A stretch of DNA of 64,000 nt, from assembly GCA_964425075.1 (NCBI GenBank), contig CAYRKM010000001.1:395060-459059 (forward strand), given 5' to 3'. Numbering within the stretch: the first letter of the stretch is position 1; every line of letters begins with the position of its first letter. A model generated the notes under the pieces. It was given only the letters and a program-made list of their open reading frames with translations. It did not search any database and was not told the origin of the DNA. The stretch comes from an uncultured Gammaproteobacteria bacterium (GTDB lineage Bacteria; Patescibacteriota; Microgenomatia; Levybacterales; GWA1-39-11). The position numbers were made by a program, and so were the translations under genes. Shown piece by piece: positions 25,980-34,591 of this stretch.

Positions 25980-26978
25980 ATGCCAGCAATACAAAGAAGC
26001 GAGTTTGCGCTCGCACTTAACCAAATAGCAACCGAAAGGGGAGTGGATCCTCAAGATATTCTTGAGAGCATAAAAACTGCAATTTTAGCGGCTTACAAAA
26101 AAGATCACGTCCCAGCAACTCTTACAGAAGATGAAGTTGATGAAACTGTTTACTCTGCTGAAATTAACCCTCAAACTGGAGAAACCAAGATAATTCATGA
26201 AGGAATTGACGTAACGCCTCCAGGTTTTGGACGAATTGCAACACAAACAGCAAAGCAAGTTTTGCTTCAAAAAATAAGAGAAAGAGAGAAAGACGCAGTC
26301 ATGTCAGAATATTCTAAAAGAATTGGGACCGTAGTAAATGGAATGATTTTGCGATTTGCAGGACCCACTATAATCGTTGATATTGGAAAAGCTGAGGCTA
26401 TTATGCCTCAAGCACAAAGAATACAAAACGAGCAGTATTTTTTAAATAAAAAAATCGCTGTATATATAGTAGAAATTGCAGAGGATGAGAAAAGAGGACG
26501 GGAAATTATTGTGTCCCGTACTCACAATGGTCTTTTGGAAGGACTTTTGCGCCGTGAGGTTCCAGAAGTTGCTGCAGGAAATGTAATAATTAAGGCAATT
26601 ATAAGAGAACCAGGTTCAAGAGCTAAAATCGCAGTACATTCAGACCAATCTGGGATTGATCCAGTTGGAAGCTGTGTTGGACAAAAAGGAGTCCGAATTC
26701 AGGCTGTAATTGATGCAGTTGACGGACTTGAGAAGATTGATGTCATCCAGTGGAATCAAGATCCTGTTAGGTTTATTACTAACGCGTTGTCTCCCGCAAA
26801 GAATTTAACCGTTGAGGTAAATGAAAAGGAGAAAATAGCAAAAGTTACAGCTCCTCAGGAGGAATTGCCTCTTATTATTGGTCGTGAAGGACAAAACGTA
26901 AGACTTGCTTCAAAACTCACTGGTTATAATATTGAAGTAGAAGGAAGTAATGAGCCAATTGCTGAAGTTGAAGCTTAG
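25980..26978 (+). CDS. nusA: Transcription termination/antitermination factor NusA
   Basis: N-terminal domain, S1 domain and two KH domains. Conserved order nusA-infB. Confidence 0.9.
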   Translation: MPAIQRSEFALALNQIATERGVDPQDILESIKTAILAAYKKDHVPATLTEDEVDETVYSAEINPQTGETKIIHEGIDVTPPGFGRIATQTAKQVLLQKIREREKDAVMSEYSKRIGTVVNGMILRFAGPTIIVDIGKAEAIMPQAQRIQNEQYFLNKKIAVYIVEIAEDEKRGREIIVSRTHNGLLEGLLRREVPEVAAGNVIIKAIIREPGSRAKIAVHSDQSGIDPVGSCVGQKGVRIQAVIDAVDGLEKIDVIQWNQDPVRFITNALSPAKNLTVEVNEKEKIAKVTAPQEELPLIIGREGQNVRLASKLTGYNIEVEGSNEPIAEVEA

Positions 26979-27005
26979 TATGAGAGTTCTAACGCACATA
27001 ACAAT

Positions 27006-28487
27006 ATGGAAGATAAGAAACAATTTACACAATACCCTCCAGTCGTATCTGTTTTAGGTCATGTAGACCACGGAAAAACCACACTTCTTGACGCTATCCG
27101 AAAAAGTAATATCGCATCAGGCGAGGCTGGTGGAATTACTCAATCTATTGGTGCTTCAAGCATTGAAATTGATTCCTTCGATTCTTCTCAGGGCAAGCAT
27201 GAAGGCAAAAAAAGGTGGATTACCTTTATCGATACACCCGGTCATGAGGCTTTTTCTAATATGCGCTCCCACGGAGTGTCAGCATCAGATGTGGTTCTTC
27301 TAATAGTTGCAGCAGATGATGGGATAAAGCCTCAAACCATAGAGTCAATTGAAAAAATTAAAGCATCCAATCTTCCTTATATCGTTGTAATTACAAAAAT
27401 GGATGCTCCTGGAGCTGAAATTGAGAAAGTAAAACAGCAATTATTAAAAGAACAAGTTTTGCTTGAAGGACTTGGTGGAGACGTGCCATATATAGGAGTG
27501 AGTGCAAAAACCGGAGAAAAAGTTTCTGATCTTCTAGATCTTATCGCAATTGTTTATGACATAAGAGAAATTAAAAAAAGCGAGACTGAGGACTTTTTGG
27601 GTGTTGTAATTGAGGCAAAGCTTGATAAAAGACGGGGGATTTTAGCATCAGTTATTGTTAAAGCAGGCAAACTTGCAGTTGGAGAAAAAATATATTTTGA
27701 GGCAAAAGAAGTTGGAAAAGTGCGGGCACTGGTTGATACATTTGGAAAACAGGTTAAAGAGGCTCTGCCAGGGGATGCGGTTGAGATTTTGGGGTCTACT
27801 GAGGTGCTCTCTGCAGGTTCACTTCTTGCCACAAAACCCGGAGCTCTTGTTGTTGCACAGGCAAAAGAAGTAGCTAAATATACCTCAGCTGATTTAATGA
27901 AGCATTTAGCTGAAATAAAAGAGGAAAAAGTAAATATTGTTCTTAAAACCCACACAAGTGGTGAATTGGAGGCTATATCAGAGTCACTCCCTGAGGATGT
28001 TCAGGTAATTTTTGAGGGAAGAGGAGATATTGGAGTATCAGACGTTATGATGGCCAAAGACTTTAATGCAATTGTTGTCGGCTTTAATGTAGATATTGAG
28101 AAACAGGCGAAAATTCTTGCAGACACACAGGGAACTTTCTACAGAAATTACACGATTATCTATAACCTACTTGATGAATTAGCAGATGCAGTTACTCTTA
28201 TCAAAGAGCGAGCTCAGCGTAAAATATTTGGAAAAGGACAAATTTTGGCGGTATTTGAAGGTAATGAAGGTAAAATTCTTGGAGTAAGGGTTGATGAAGG
28301 AAAGCTTAAAGTTGGAGATACAATTGTAATTACTAGGGGAGTAAATGAAACTTCATCTTCAAAAATAATGTCACTAAAGCAAGGTAAAAACGATATTAAA
28401 GAAATAGGAAAAGGGAATGAATGCGGAATTATGATTGACCCTATGGTTGACTTTACTATAGGGGATATGGTAATATCCTGGGGCTAA
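27006..28487 (+). CDS. infB: Translation initiation factor IF-2 (short form without long N-terminal extension)
   Basis: G1 motif GHVDHGKTTLLD, G3 motif DTPGHEAF, G4 motif TKMD. Confidence 0.9.
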   Translation: MEDKKQFTQYPPVVSVLGHVDHGKTTLLDAIRKSNIASGEAGGITQSIGASSIEIDSFDSSQGKHEGKKRWITFIDTPGHEAFSNMRSHGVSASDVVLLIVAADDGIKPQTIESIEKIKASNLPYIVVITKMDAPGAEIEKVKQQLLKEQVLLEGLGGDVPYIGVSAKTGEKVSDLLDLIAIVYDIREIKKSETEDFLGVVIEAKLDKRRGILASVIVKAGKLAVGEKIYFEAKEVGKVRALVDTFGKQVKEALPGDAVEILGSTEVLSAGSLLATKPGALVVAQAKEVAKYTSADLMKHLAEIKEEKVNIVLKTHTSGELEAISESLPEDVQVIFEGRGDIGVSDVMMAKDFNAIVVGFNVDIEKQAKILADTQGTFYRNYTIIYNLLDELADAVTLIKERAQRKIFGKGQILAVFEGNEGKILGVRVDEGKLKVGDTIVITRGVNETSSSKIMSLKQGKNDIKEIGKGNECGIMIDPMVDFTIGDMVISWG

Positions 28488-28531
28488 TATTGAGGATTAG
28501 ATTTTGCCTTTTTTAATTAGCTATAAGACAT

Positions 28532-29773
28532 ATGAATCCACAGATTTCACAGGAAATTAATTTTTTGCGCGACATGCTACAAAACCATAATGATGTTGGA
28601 ATCATTGTGGGAAATCATCAAACAATTGATACGATGGCCTCATCTCTTGCCCTCTATCTTTCCTTATCTCAAAGCGGAAAACAAGTTCAAATCGTTTCTT
28701 TAAAAGATCCAATCGTTGAATTATCAAATCTTGTAGGAATAGATAAAGTAAAAAAAACTTTTGCAGGGAACACAACTAAATTAGTTGTTTCTTTGCCTTA
28801 CAAAAAAGGTGAAGTTGAGAAGGTGCTTTTTACTGAAGCGCCATCAACTATTAATTTCCATCTTACTGCGGCTGAAGGAAAAAGTATTACACCATTTGAC
28901 ATAAAAGATGTTCATCTTAATTGGGAAGGTGGGGCTCCAGGTTTTATTATTGCCGTGGGAGTTGGAACAATAGATGAATTCTCTCAAATAATTGATATTA
29001 ACAATACAAAAATTGTAAATATAGATAACTACCCTCAAAATACTAGATTTGGGGATGTTGTTTTGGTTGATGAGTCTTTCTCTTCACTCTCTGAGGTAGT
29101 AGGTAAGATCATTAAAGACCTTTCTCTTCCATTAAACATTGATAGTGCGCAGAATCTTTTAGACGGTGTTTTATTTGCAACTCGAAATTTCACGAAGCCA
29201 AACACTTCTCCTTTTGCATTTGAAACAGCATCAAGTGCTATGTACCAAGGGGCACAGAGACGAGAAAATAGGGATAATAACAGAGGAGGACAGCGTGAGC
29301 AAGGGCAGACCCCTAGAGAGCCAATGCAGCCACAGCGTTCGAACCCACAACAGCAAAGACAAAGAGTAAATGAAAATGATTTTCCAGCTATGCATATGCA
29401 AAATAGGCCACAACAGCCTCAAATGCCAAGACGACCTCAGTCAGCATTGGGTCAGCGACCTCAACCACAAATGCCACGTCCACAAAACACTCAGCCCCAA
29501 ATGAGTCCGCAGGATATTATTAATAAAATTAGACAAGAGACACCTGTAAGACAACCCCAACCACAAGTAGAGCCTGTCTATGAGGAAGGTCAATTTGATG
29601 CCATTTCTTCTCAAGCTCCAGAGCCAATGGATAACAATTCTATGCCTTTTGATAACGAGCCACCATTTCCACCTCAACCACAGGAAAATGCTGTTTCAAG
29701 TCAAAATACTGAGGAAATTCCAGATGATTGGTTAATGCCAAAAGTCTTCAAAAGCTCCAAGAATCAGAATTAG
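28532..29773 (+). CDS. DHH-family phosphoesterase-like protein (NrnA-like) with Q/P-rich C-terminal low-complexity tail
   Basis: N-terminal region is NrnA-like, but the DHH motif reads GNHQTIDTMAS (degenerate). ~150-aa Q/P/R-rich tail. Confidence 0.5.
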   Translation: MNPQISQEINFLRDMLQNHNDVGIIVGNHQTIDTMASSLALYLSLSQSGKQVQIVSLKDPIVELSNLVGIDKVKKTFAGNTTKLVVSLPYKKGEVEKVLFTEAPSTINFHLTAAEGKSITPFDIKDVHLNWEGGAPGFIIAVGVGTIDEFSQIIDINNTKIVNIDNYPQNTRFGDVVLVDESFSSLSEVVGKIIKDLSLPLNIDSAQNLLDGVLFATRNFTKPNTSPFAFETASSAMYQGAQRRENRDNNRGGQREQGQTPREPMQPQRSNPQQQRQRVNENDFPAMHMQNRPQQPQMPRRPQSALGQRPQPQMPRPQNTQPQMSPQDIINKIRQETPVRQPQPQVEPVYEEGQFDAISSQAPEPMDNNSMPFDNEPPFPPQPQENAVSSQNTEEIPDDWLMPKVFKSSKNQN

Positions 29774-29803
29774 TTGTAAATCACGCTCATATTTGTTAAA
29801 ATA
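29774..29803 (+). promoter_or_regulatory. Promoter-like element giving a leaderless or near-leaderless rpsO mRNA
   Basis: TTGTAA(16)TTAAAAT ends 7 nt before the ATG. No SD. Confidence 0.35.
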
Positions 29804-29809
29804 TCAACC

Positions 29810-30079
29810 ATGCCGTTAACAACAGACGAAAAAACAGTAATTATTAAGGAAAATGCAGTTATCGACGGGGACACCGGAAGCCCTGAGGTGCAGATAGCGC
29901 TTCTTACTCACAAGATTCAGAAATTAACTGATCATTTGAAAATCCACCAAAAGGATTTTCATAGTAGACGTGGACTTTTAAATATGTTATCAAAGAGAAG
30001 AAGGCTTTTTAACTTCTTAGTAAAAGTGGACAAAGTCCGCTCCGAAAGTATCGGAAAAAAAGTTGGTCTCGCAAAGTAA
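29810..30079 (+). CDS. rpsO: 30S ribosomal protein S15
   Basis: Typical S15 sequence. Position upstream of pnp. Confidence 0.9.
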   Translation: MPLTTDEKTVIIKENAVIDGDTGSPEVQIALLTHKIQKLTDHLKIHQKDFHSRRGLLNMLSKRRRLFNFLVKVDKVRSESIGKKVGLAK

Positions 30080-30147
30080 AATATAAATAGATAAACTAAT
30101 CTTCAATTCTTTTTTGGTTGTTGGGAAGTAAATATAGAAAAAAATAG

Positions 30148-32574
30148 ATGAAAAAAATTTCAAAGTCGTTTCAGATAAACGGTAAAACATTAACTTTTGA
30201 AACTGGTTCTTTGGCACAGCTTGCTACTTCTAGCGTGCTTGCAAAGATGGGGGACACTACAGTTCTTGCAACTGTTACCATGGGTCGAAACGACACTACT
30301 TTAGATTATTTTCCATTATCAGTTGACTACGTTGAGCGACTTTATGCTGGAGGAAAAATCAAAGGTTCACGTTGGGTAAAACGTGAAGGACGTCCTAGCG
30401 ACGACGCAGTTTTGACTGGAAGGTTAATTGACCGCTCCATTCGACCAATGTTTCCAAAGGCTCTTAAAAAGGATGTTCAGGTAATAGTAACTGTTCTATC
30501 AATTGATGGAATTAATGATCCTGCAATTCTATCCTTAAATGCAGTGTCGGCTGCACTTGCGATTTCAAAGATTCCATGGAATGGACCTGTTGCAGCTGTA
30601 AGAGTGGGAGACTTAAAGGCTGTTTCCACTGATGATTTGGTAATTTTCCCTGATGTAAATGAAGAATTAGATTTGGACTTTATATTAACTTCAAGTAGCA
30701 ACGGTAGCACCATTATGGTTGAGGCTGGTGCAAATCAGGTAAGCGAAGAGATTGCACTTAAGGCTGTAACTTTGGCGCGGGAAAATAATATAAAAATTAT
30801 TGAATTTATAAACGAGTTAGTAAAAGAAGTAGGAGAGAAGAAAATTGAACTTGCAGTAGATGAGGCAAAAGAAGAAATAATTGCGCTTGTAGAAAAGTCT
30901 TATAAGGATAAAATTACAGCAGTTCTTGAAGGTGAGTTGGGAGAAAATGTATCGGGCGACCTTCAGAAAATCGCAGACAGCATTATTGAACTTGAAGGCG
31001 AAAATGCTGACAGAAAGAAAATCTTTGATGCAGTTGACTATGTATTTAAGAAAATAATTCGTGAAAGAATTGTAAATGAAGAGAAAAGATTCGATGGGCG
31101 AAAGATTGATGAATTAAGAGAAATTACTGCACAGGCAGGATATATTCCACGCGTTCATGGTTCTGGTCTTTTCTCTCGTGGTCAAACCCAAGTACTTTCC
31201 ATTGCAACACTTGCTTCAACTGCATTAGGACAACTTATTGAAACATTGGATGGTGAGGAAACAAGTCTTTATATGCATCATTATTCTTTCCCACCATACT
31301 CGGTTGGAGAAACAGGAAGAATAGGCTCTCCTTCTAGAAGAGAGATTGGACATGGAGCGCTTGCTGAGCGTGCAATTGAGGCAGTTTTACCATCAGTTGA
31401 AGAATTCCCATATGCAATTAGGGTAGTGTCAGAGGTTTTGTCTTCAAATGGTTCAACATCAATGGCTTCAACTTGTGGCTCCACTCTTGCTCTTATGGAT
31501 GCGGGTGTTCCCATAAAGTCACCAGTTGCAGGAATTGCAATTGGACTAATGACTCTAAATGGTAAATACAAAATTTTAACTGACATAATTGGGCTTGAAG
31601 ATTTTGCAGGGGATATGGATTTTAAAGTTGCAGGAACTAAAGACGGAATTACTGCAATTCAACTAGACGTTAAATTAGATGCACTAACTGACGACATGAT
31701 AAAGGAAGTTTTTGACCGTGCAAAGAAAGCAAGACTAGATATTCTAAAGGTTATGAATAAAGCAATTGCTGAATCAAGAAAAGAGGTAAGCGTTTATGCT
31801 CCAAAGATTAAAATGATAAAAATCGATCCTGAAAAAATTGGTGGACTTATAGGTCCTGGAGGAAAGATGATAAAGAGTATTATTGCCCAAACCGGAGCAG
31901 AGGTTAATGTAGAAGATGATGGTTCGGTAAGTATCTCAGCGGTGGACGAGGAAGCAGTACAGAAAGCTACAGAATGGATTGAGGGACTTACTCATGACGT
32001 TACACCAGGTGAAACATATGACGGAACGGTGAAGAGACTTTTGGCATTTGGGGCATTTGTCGAATTCCTTCCCGGAAAAGAAGGAATGGTGCATGTAAGT
32101 GAAATGGCGACAGATTATGTAAAAGATCCCGCTGATGTTGTGCAGATTGGACAAACTGTAAAAGTAAGAGTAAAAGAAATTGATGATCAAGGAAGAGTAA
32201 ATCTTTCAATGCTTTTTGGAGAAGACGCAGAAAAGGGTGGAAATAAAGGTTCAGCTGGCGGAGGAGACCGCGGCCCACGAAGAGAAAGTGGACCTCGTTC
32301 ATATGGGGGCTCTCAAGATAGGGGACCAAGACGTGAAGGACCAGGCGGGGGAAGAAGTTTTGGTGGAGGCGGATTTAGCGGTGGAAGAAGTAGCAGTGGA
32401 CCCAGAAGAGATTTTGGAGGAGGTAGTAATCGTACTTCAGGAAGTTTTAGCGGTGGCGGACGTTCTTCAGGTGGGTTTGGTGGACCAAGAAGAAGTAGTG
32501 GTGGTCCAAGAAGATCTTCAACTGCTAATGCTCCAACATACCAAGGCGGCAAACGTGATGAGTGGAGAGGCTAA
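30148..32574 (+). CDS. pnp: Polyribonucleotide nucleotidyltransferase (PNPase) with ~110-aa RGG/SGG-rich C-terminal tail
   Basis: Two RNase PH domains, KH domain and S1 domain, followed by GGDRGPRRE.../RSFGGGGFSGGRSS low-complexity extension. Confidence 0.9.
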   Translation: MKKISKSFQINGKTLTFETGSLAQLATSSVLAKMGDTTVLATVTMGRNDTTLDYFPLSVDYVERLYAGGKIKGSRWVKREGRPSDDAVLTGRLIDRSIRPMFPKALKKDVQVIVTVLSIDGINDPAILSLNAVSAALAISKIPWNGPVAAVRVGDLKAVSTDDLVIFPDVNEELDLDFILTSSSNGSTIMVEAGANQVSEEIALKAVTLARENNIKIIEFINELVKEVGEKKIELAVDEAKEEIIALVEKSYKDKITAVLEGELGENVSGDLQKIADSIIELEGENADRKKIFDAVDYVFKKIIRERIVNEEKRFDGRKIDELREITAQAGYIPRVHGSGLFSRGQTQVLSIATLASTALGQLIETLDGEETSLYMHHYSFPPYSVGETGRIGSPSRREIGHGALAERAIEAVLPSVEEFPYAIRVVSEVLSSNGSTSMASTCGSTLALMDAGVPIKSPVAGIAIGLMTLNGKYKILTDIIGLEDFAGDMDFKVAGTKDGITAIQLDVKLDALTDDMIKEVFDRAKKARLDILKVMNKAIAESRKEVSVYAPKIKMIKIDPEKIGGLIGPGGKMIKSIIAQTGAEVNVEDDGSVSISAVDEEAVQKATEWIEGLTHDVTPGETYDGTVKRLLAFGAFVEFLPGKEGMVHVSEMATDYVKDPADVVQIGQTVKVRVKEIDDQGRVNLSMLFGEDAEKGGNKGSAGGGDRGPRRESGPRSYGGSQDRGPRREGPGGGRSFGGGGFSGGRSSSGPRRDFGGGSNRTSGSFSGGGRSSGGFGGPRRSSGGPRRSSTANAPTYQGGKRDEWRG

Positions 32575-32576
32575 AT

Positions 32577-33401
32577 CTAGAGTAATTCTACGGCTTTCTC
32601 CATAACTCGATTGAATTTTTTATTAAAATCCCGAATTGCATCCCAATATGGTTCTCTTGTTTCCTGATTCATAATAAAACCCCTATTGTATTCTACTTGA
32701 ATTGCATAAACTGTATTTCCATGGTTAAGGTTAGGATTTCCAAAATATTGAGTGATATGACCGCCTTTATATGAGGTATTGATCTCAATTTCGGAAGTTT
32801 TTAATCCAAACTCGGAGGCTATAAAGTTTCTCACACTCTGAATAAATTCAGCCGGAGAGGCATTGAATCCAATTGTAGGATCTATGTCTCCCGTGTGAGG
32901 TAGTCCAAAGTTTGACAATATAAATTTTGGCATAGTTCTTGTTTCATTAGGTAAAAAACGGTCACGTTTTCCGGTATTTTTATCATAATCTCCCGTGTCG
33001 TGATGGTCCCAAAGGATCACTTTTTCAAATCCAAATTCCTTCGAAGCAGCAATCAGGTTTTTGATTTCCTCATAATATGGATCGTGATGGGTTGAGAGCC
33101 AGAACTCTTTCTCCTCATCAGTTAAGTTTTGTCCGTCTTTCCAAATTTGATTTCCATGAAAGTCCTGAAGCTTAAAAAGGTTCTTATCACGGGGTTGATT
33201 TAGACTCCCCAGTCCACGGATTACTTTTGACTTCAAATTTCCCAATGCATGGGGATGAAAAGCAGTATCTGCAGTGAATTTATCACTAAATTCACCTATG
33301 AACCATTCATCCAATGCCACTCTATCAATAAGATGGGCAAAGTCATCAGAGTCATGCGGCGCGGAAGTTATAAGAGGTAGCTTCATATCCAGATTATACA
33401 A
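32577..33401 (-). CDS. Putative metal-dependent hydrolase, N-formylglutamate-amidohydrolase-like (tentative)
   Basis: His/Asp-rich motifs (SAPHDSDD, WDHHDTGDYD, LPHTGDID). Family assignment is by eye only. Confidence 0.3.
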   Translation of the reverse strand: MYNLDMKLPLITSAPHDSDDFAHLIDRVALDEWFIGEFSDKFTADTAFHPHALGNLKSKVIRGLGSLNQPRDKNLFKLQDFHGNQIWKDGQNLTDEEKEFWLSTHHDPYYEEIKNLIAASKEFGFEKVILWDHHDTGDYDKNTGKRDRFLPNETRTMPKFILSNFGLPHTGDIDPTIGFNASPAEFIQSVRNFIASEFGLKTSEIEINTSYKGGHITQYFGNPNLNHGNTVYAIQVEYNRGFIMNQETREPYWDAIRDFNKKFNRVMEKAVELL

Positions 33402-33464
33402 TGAATTTCGTAATTATCATTGCAATGGCTATGTTATTTGCTGAAGATGTTATACTAAAAAAGT

Positions 33465-34553
33465 ATGGATCCTGCTCAACAAAATCCGGACTCCGCGTCC
33501 CAAATTCAGAAACTTGAAGAATCAGTAAATACAGCTAATTTACCTCCTGAGCTTTTGCAGAATGCAAAAGCAATGATAGCAAGATTAAAGATAGTTTCGG
33601 GTCAAACAAGTTTTTACACAGAGTATGACACAATTTCTCGTTATATTAATTGGATTGCTTCTCTGCCGTGGGGAAAATACTCACCCGACGTATTGGATCT
33701 TAATCACGCTCGACAAGTTTTGGAAAAAAATCACTATGGCTTAAATGACGTTAAAGAAAAAATTCTTGAATACTTGGCCATTATGATAAACACAAAACAA
33801 CAGGCTGGGGATAAAGCCCAGGATATAATTGCTCGTGCTCCAATCATTTCTCTTGTTGGTCTTGCAGGTGTGGGTAAAACGACCATAGCCTATTCAATTG
33901 CCGAAGCTTTGGGTCGAAAAATTGAGAGAATTCCATTTGGAGGTATGGGAAGCGCTTCACAGCTTCGTGGCAAGTCTAGACTTTATTCAGATTCAGAACC
34001 AGGGTTAGTAGTAAAAGCTCTGAGGCGTGCTGCAACCTCCAACCCAGTCATTTTATTGGACGAGATAGATAGAGTATCATCTGAAGCACGCTCTGACATA
34101 ATGGGTGTTTTGGTGGAACTTTTGGATCCGACGCAAAACAAAGCATTTCTTGATCACTTTATTGACTATCCTGTTGACCTCTCGCAAGTTCTTTTTATTG
34201 CAACAAGTAATAACACTAAGGATATCTCAACAGCTGTAGTTGATAGGCTTGAGATTATTCAAATGCCATCTTATTCTGATGAAGAAAAAATTGTAATAGG
34301 CAAAAATTTTATCATGCCCCAGGTTCTTGCCGAGAGTGGACTAACAACAAATGATTTTGGAATTAGTGATGATGTTTGGCCAGAAACAATTGTAAGGCCA
34401 CTTGGATACGACCCTGGAATTAGAAGTCTTCAGCGAATAATTCAAGGAATGGTAAGAAAAACTGTATATTTTATGCTCATGGGTAAAATTCCACGAGGTC
34501 AGAAATTTATGATAAATGCGGAAAACGTAAAAACCTTTGTTTCAGCGTGGTAA
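33465..34553 (+). CDS. Lon-like AAA+ ATPase module lacking LAN and protease domains
   Basis: LPWGKYS...HYGL.DVKE.ILEYLA, Walker A GLAGVGKTT and Walker B VILLDEIDRVSS are collinear with the Lon ATPase domain. The protein ends after the alpha-subdomain (362 aa). Confidence 0.65.
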   Translation: MDPAQQNPDSASQIQKLEESVNTANLPPELLQNAKAMIARLKIVSGQTSFYTEYDTISRYINWIASLPWGKYSPDVLDLNHARQVLEKNHYGLNDVKEKILEYLAIMINTKQQAGDKAQDIIARAPIISLVGLAGVGKTTIAYSIAEALGRKIERIPFGGMGSASQLRGKSRLYSDSEPGLVVKALRRAATSNPVILLDEIDRVSSEARSDIMGVLVELLDPTQNKAFLDHFIDYPVDLSQVLFIATSNNTKDISTAVVDRLEIIQMPSYSDEEKIVIGKNFIMPQVLAESGLTTNDFGISDDVWPETIVRPLGYDPGIRSLQRIIQGMVRKTVYFMLMGKIPRGQKFMINAENVKTFVSAW

Positions 34554-34591
34554 TGGTTTAGCAGTTTTATTTAAGCTCAATTTGGAATATA

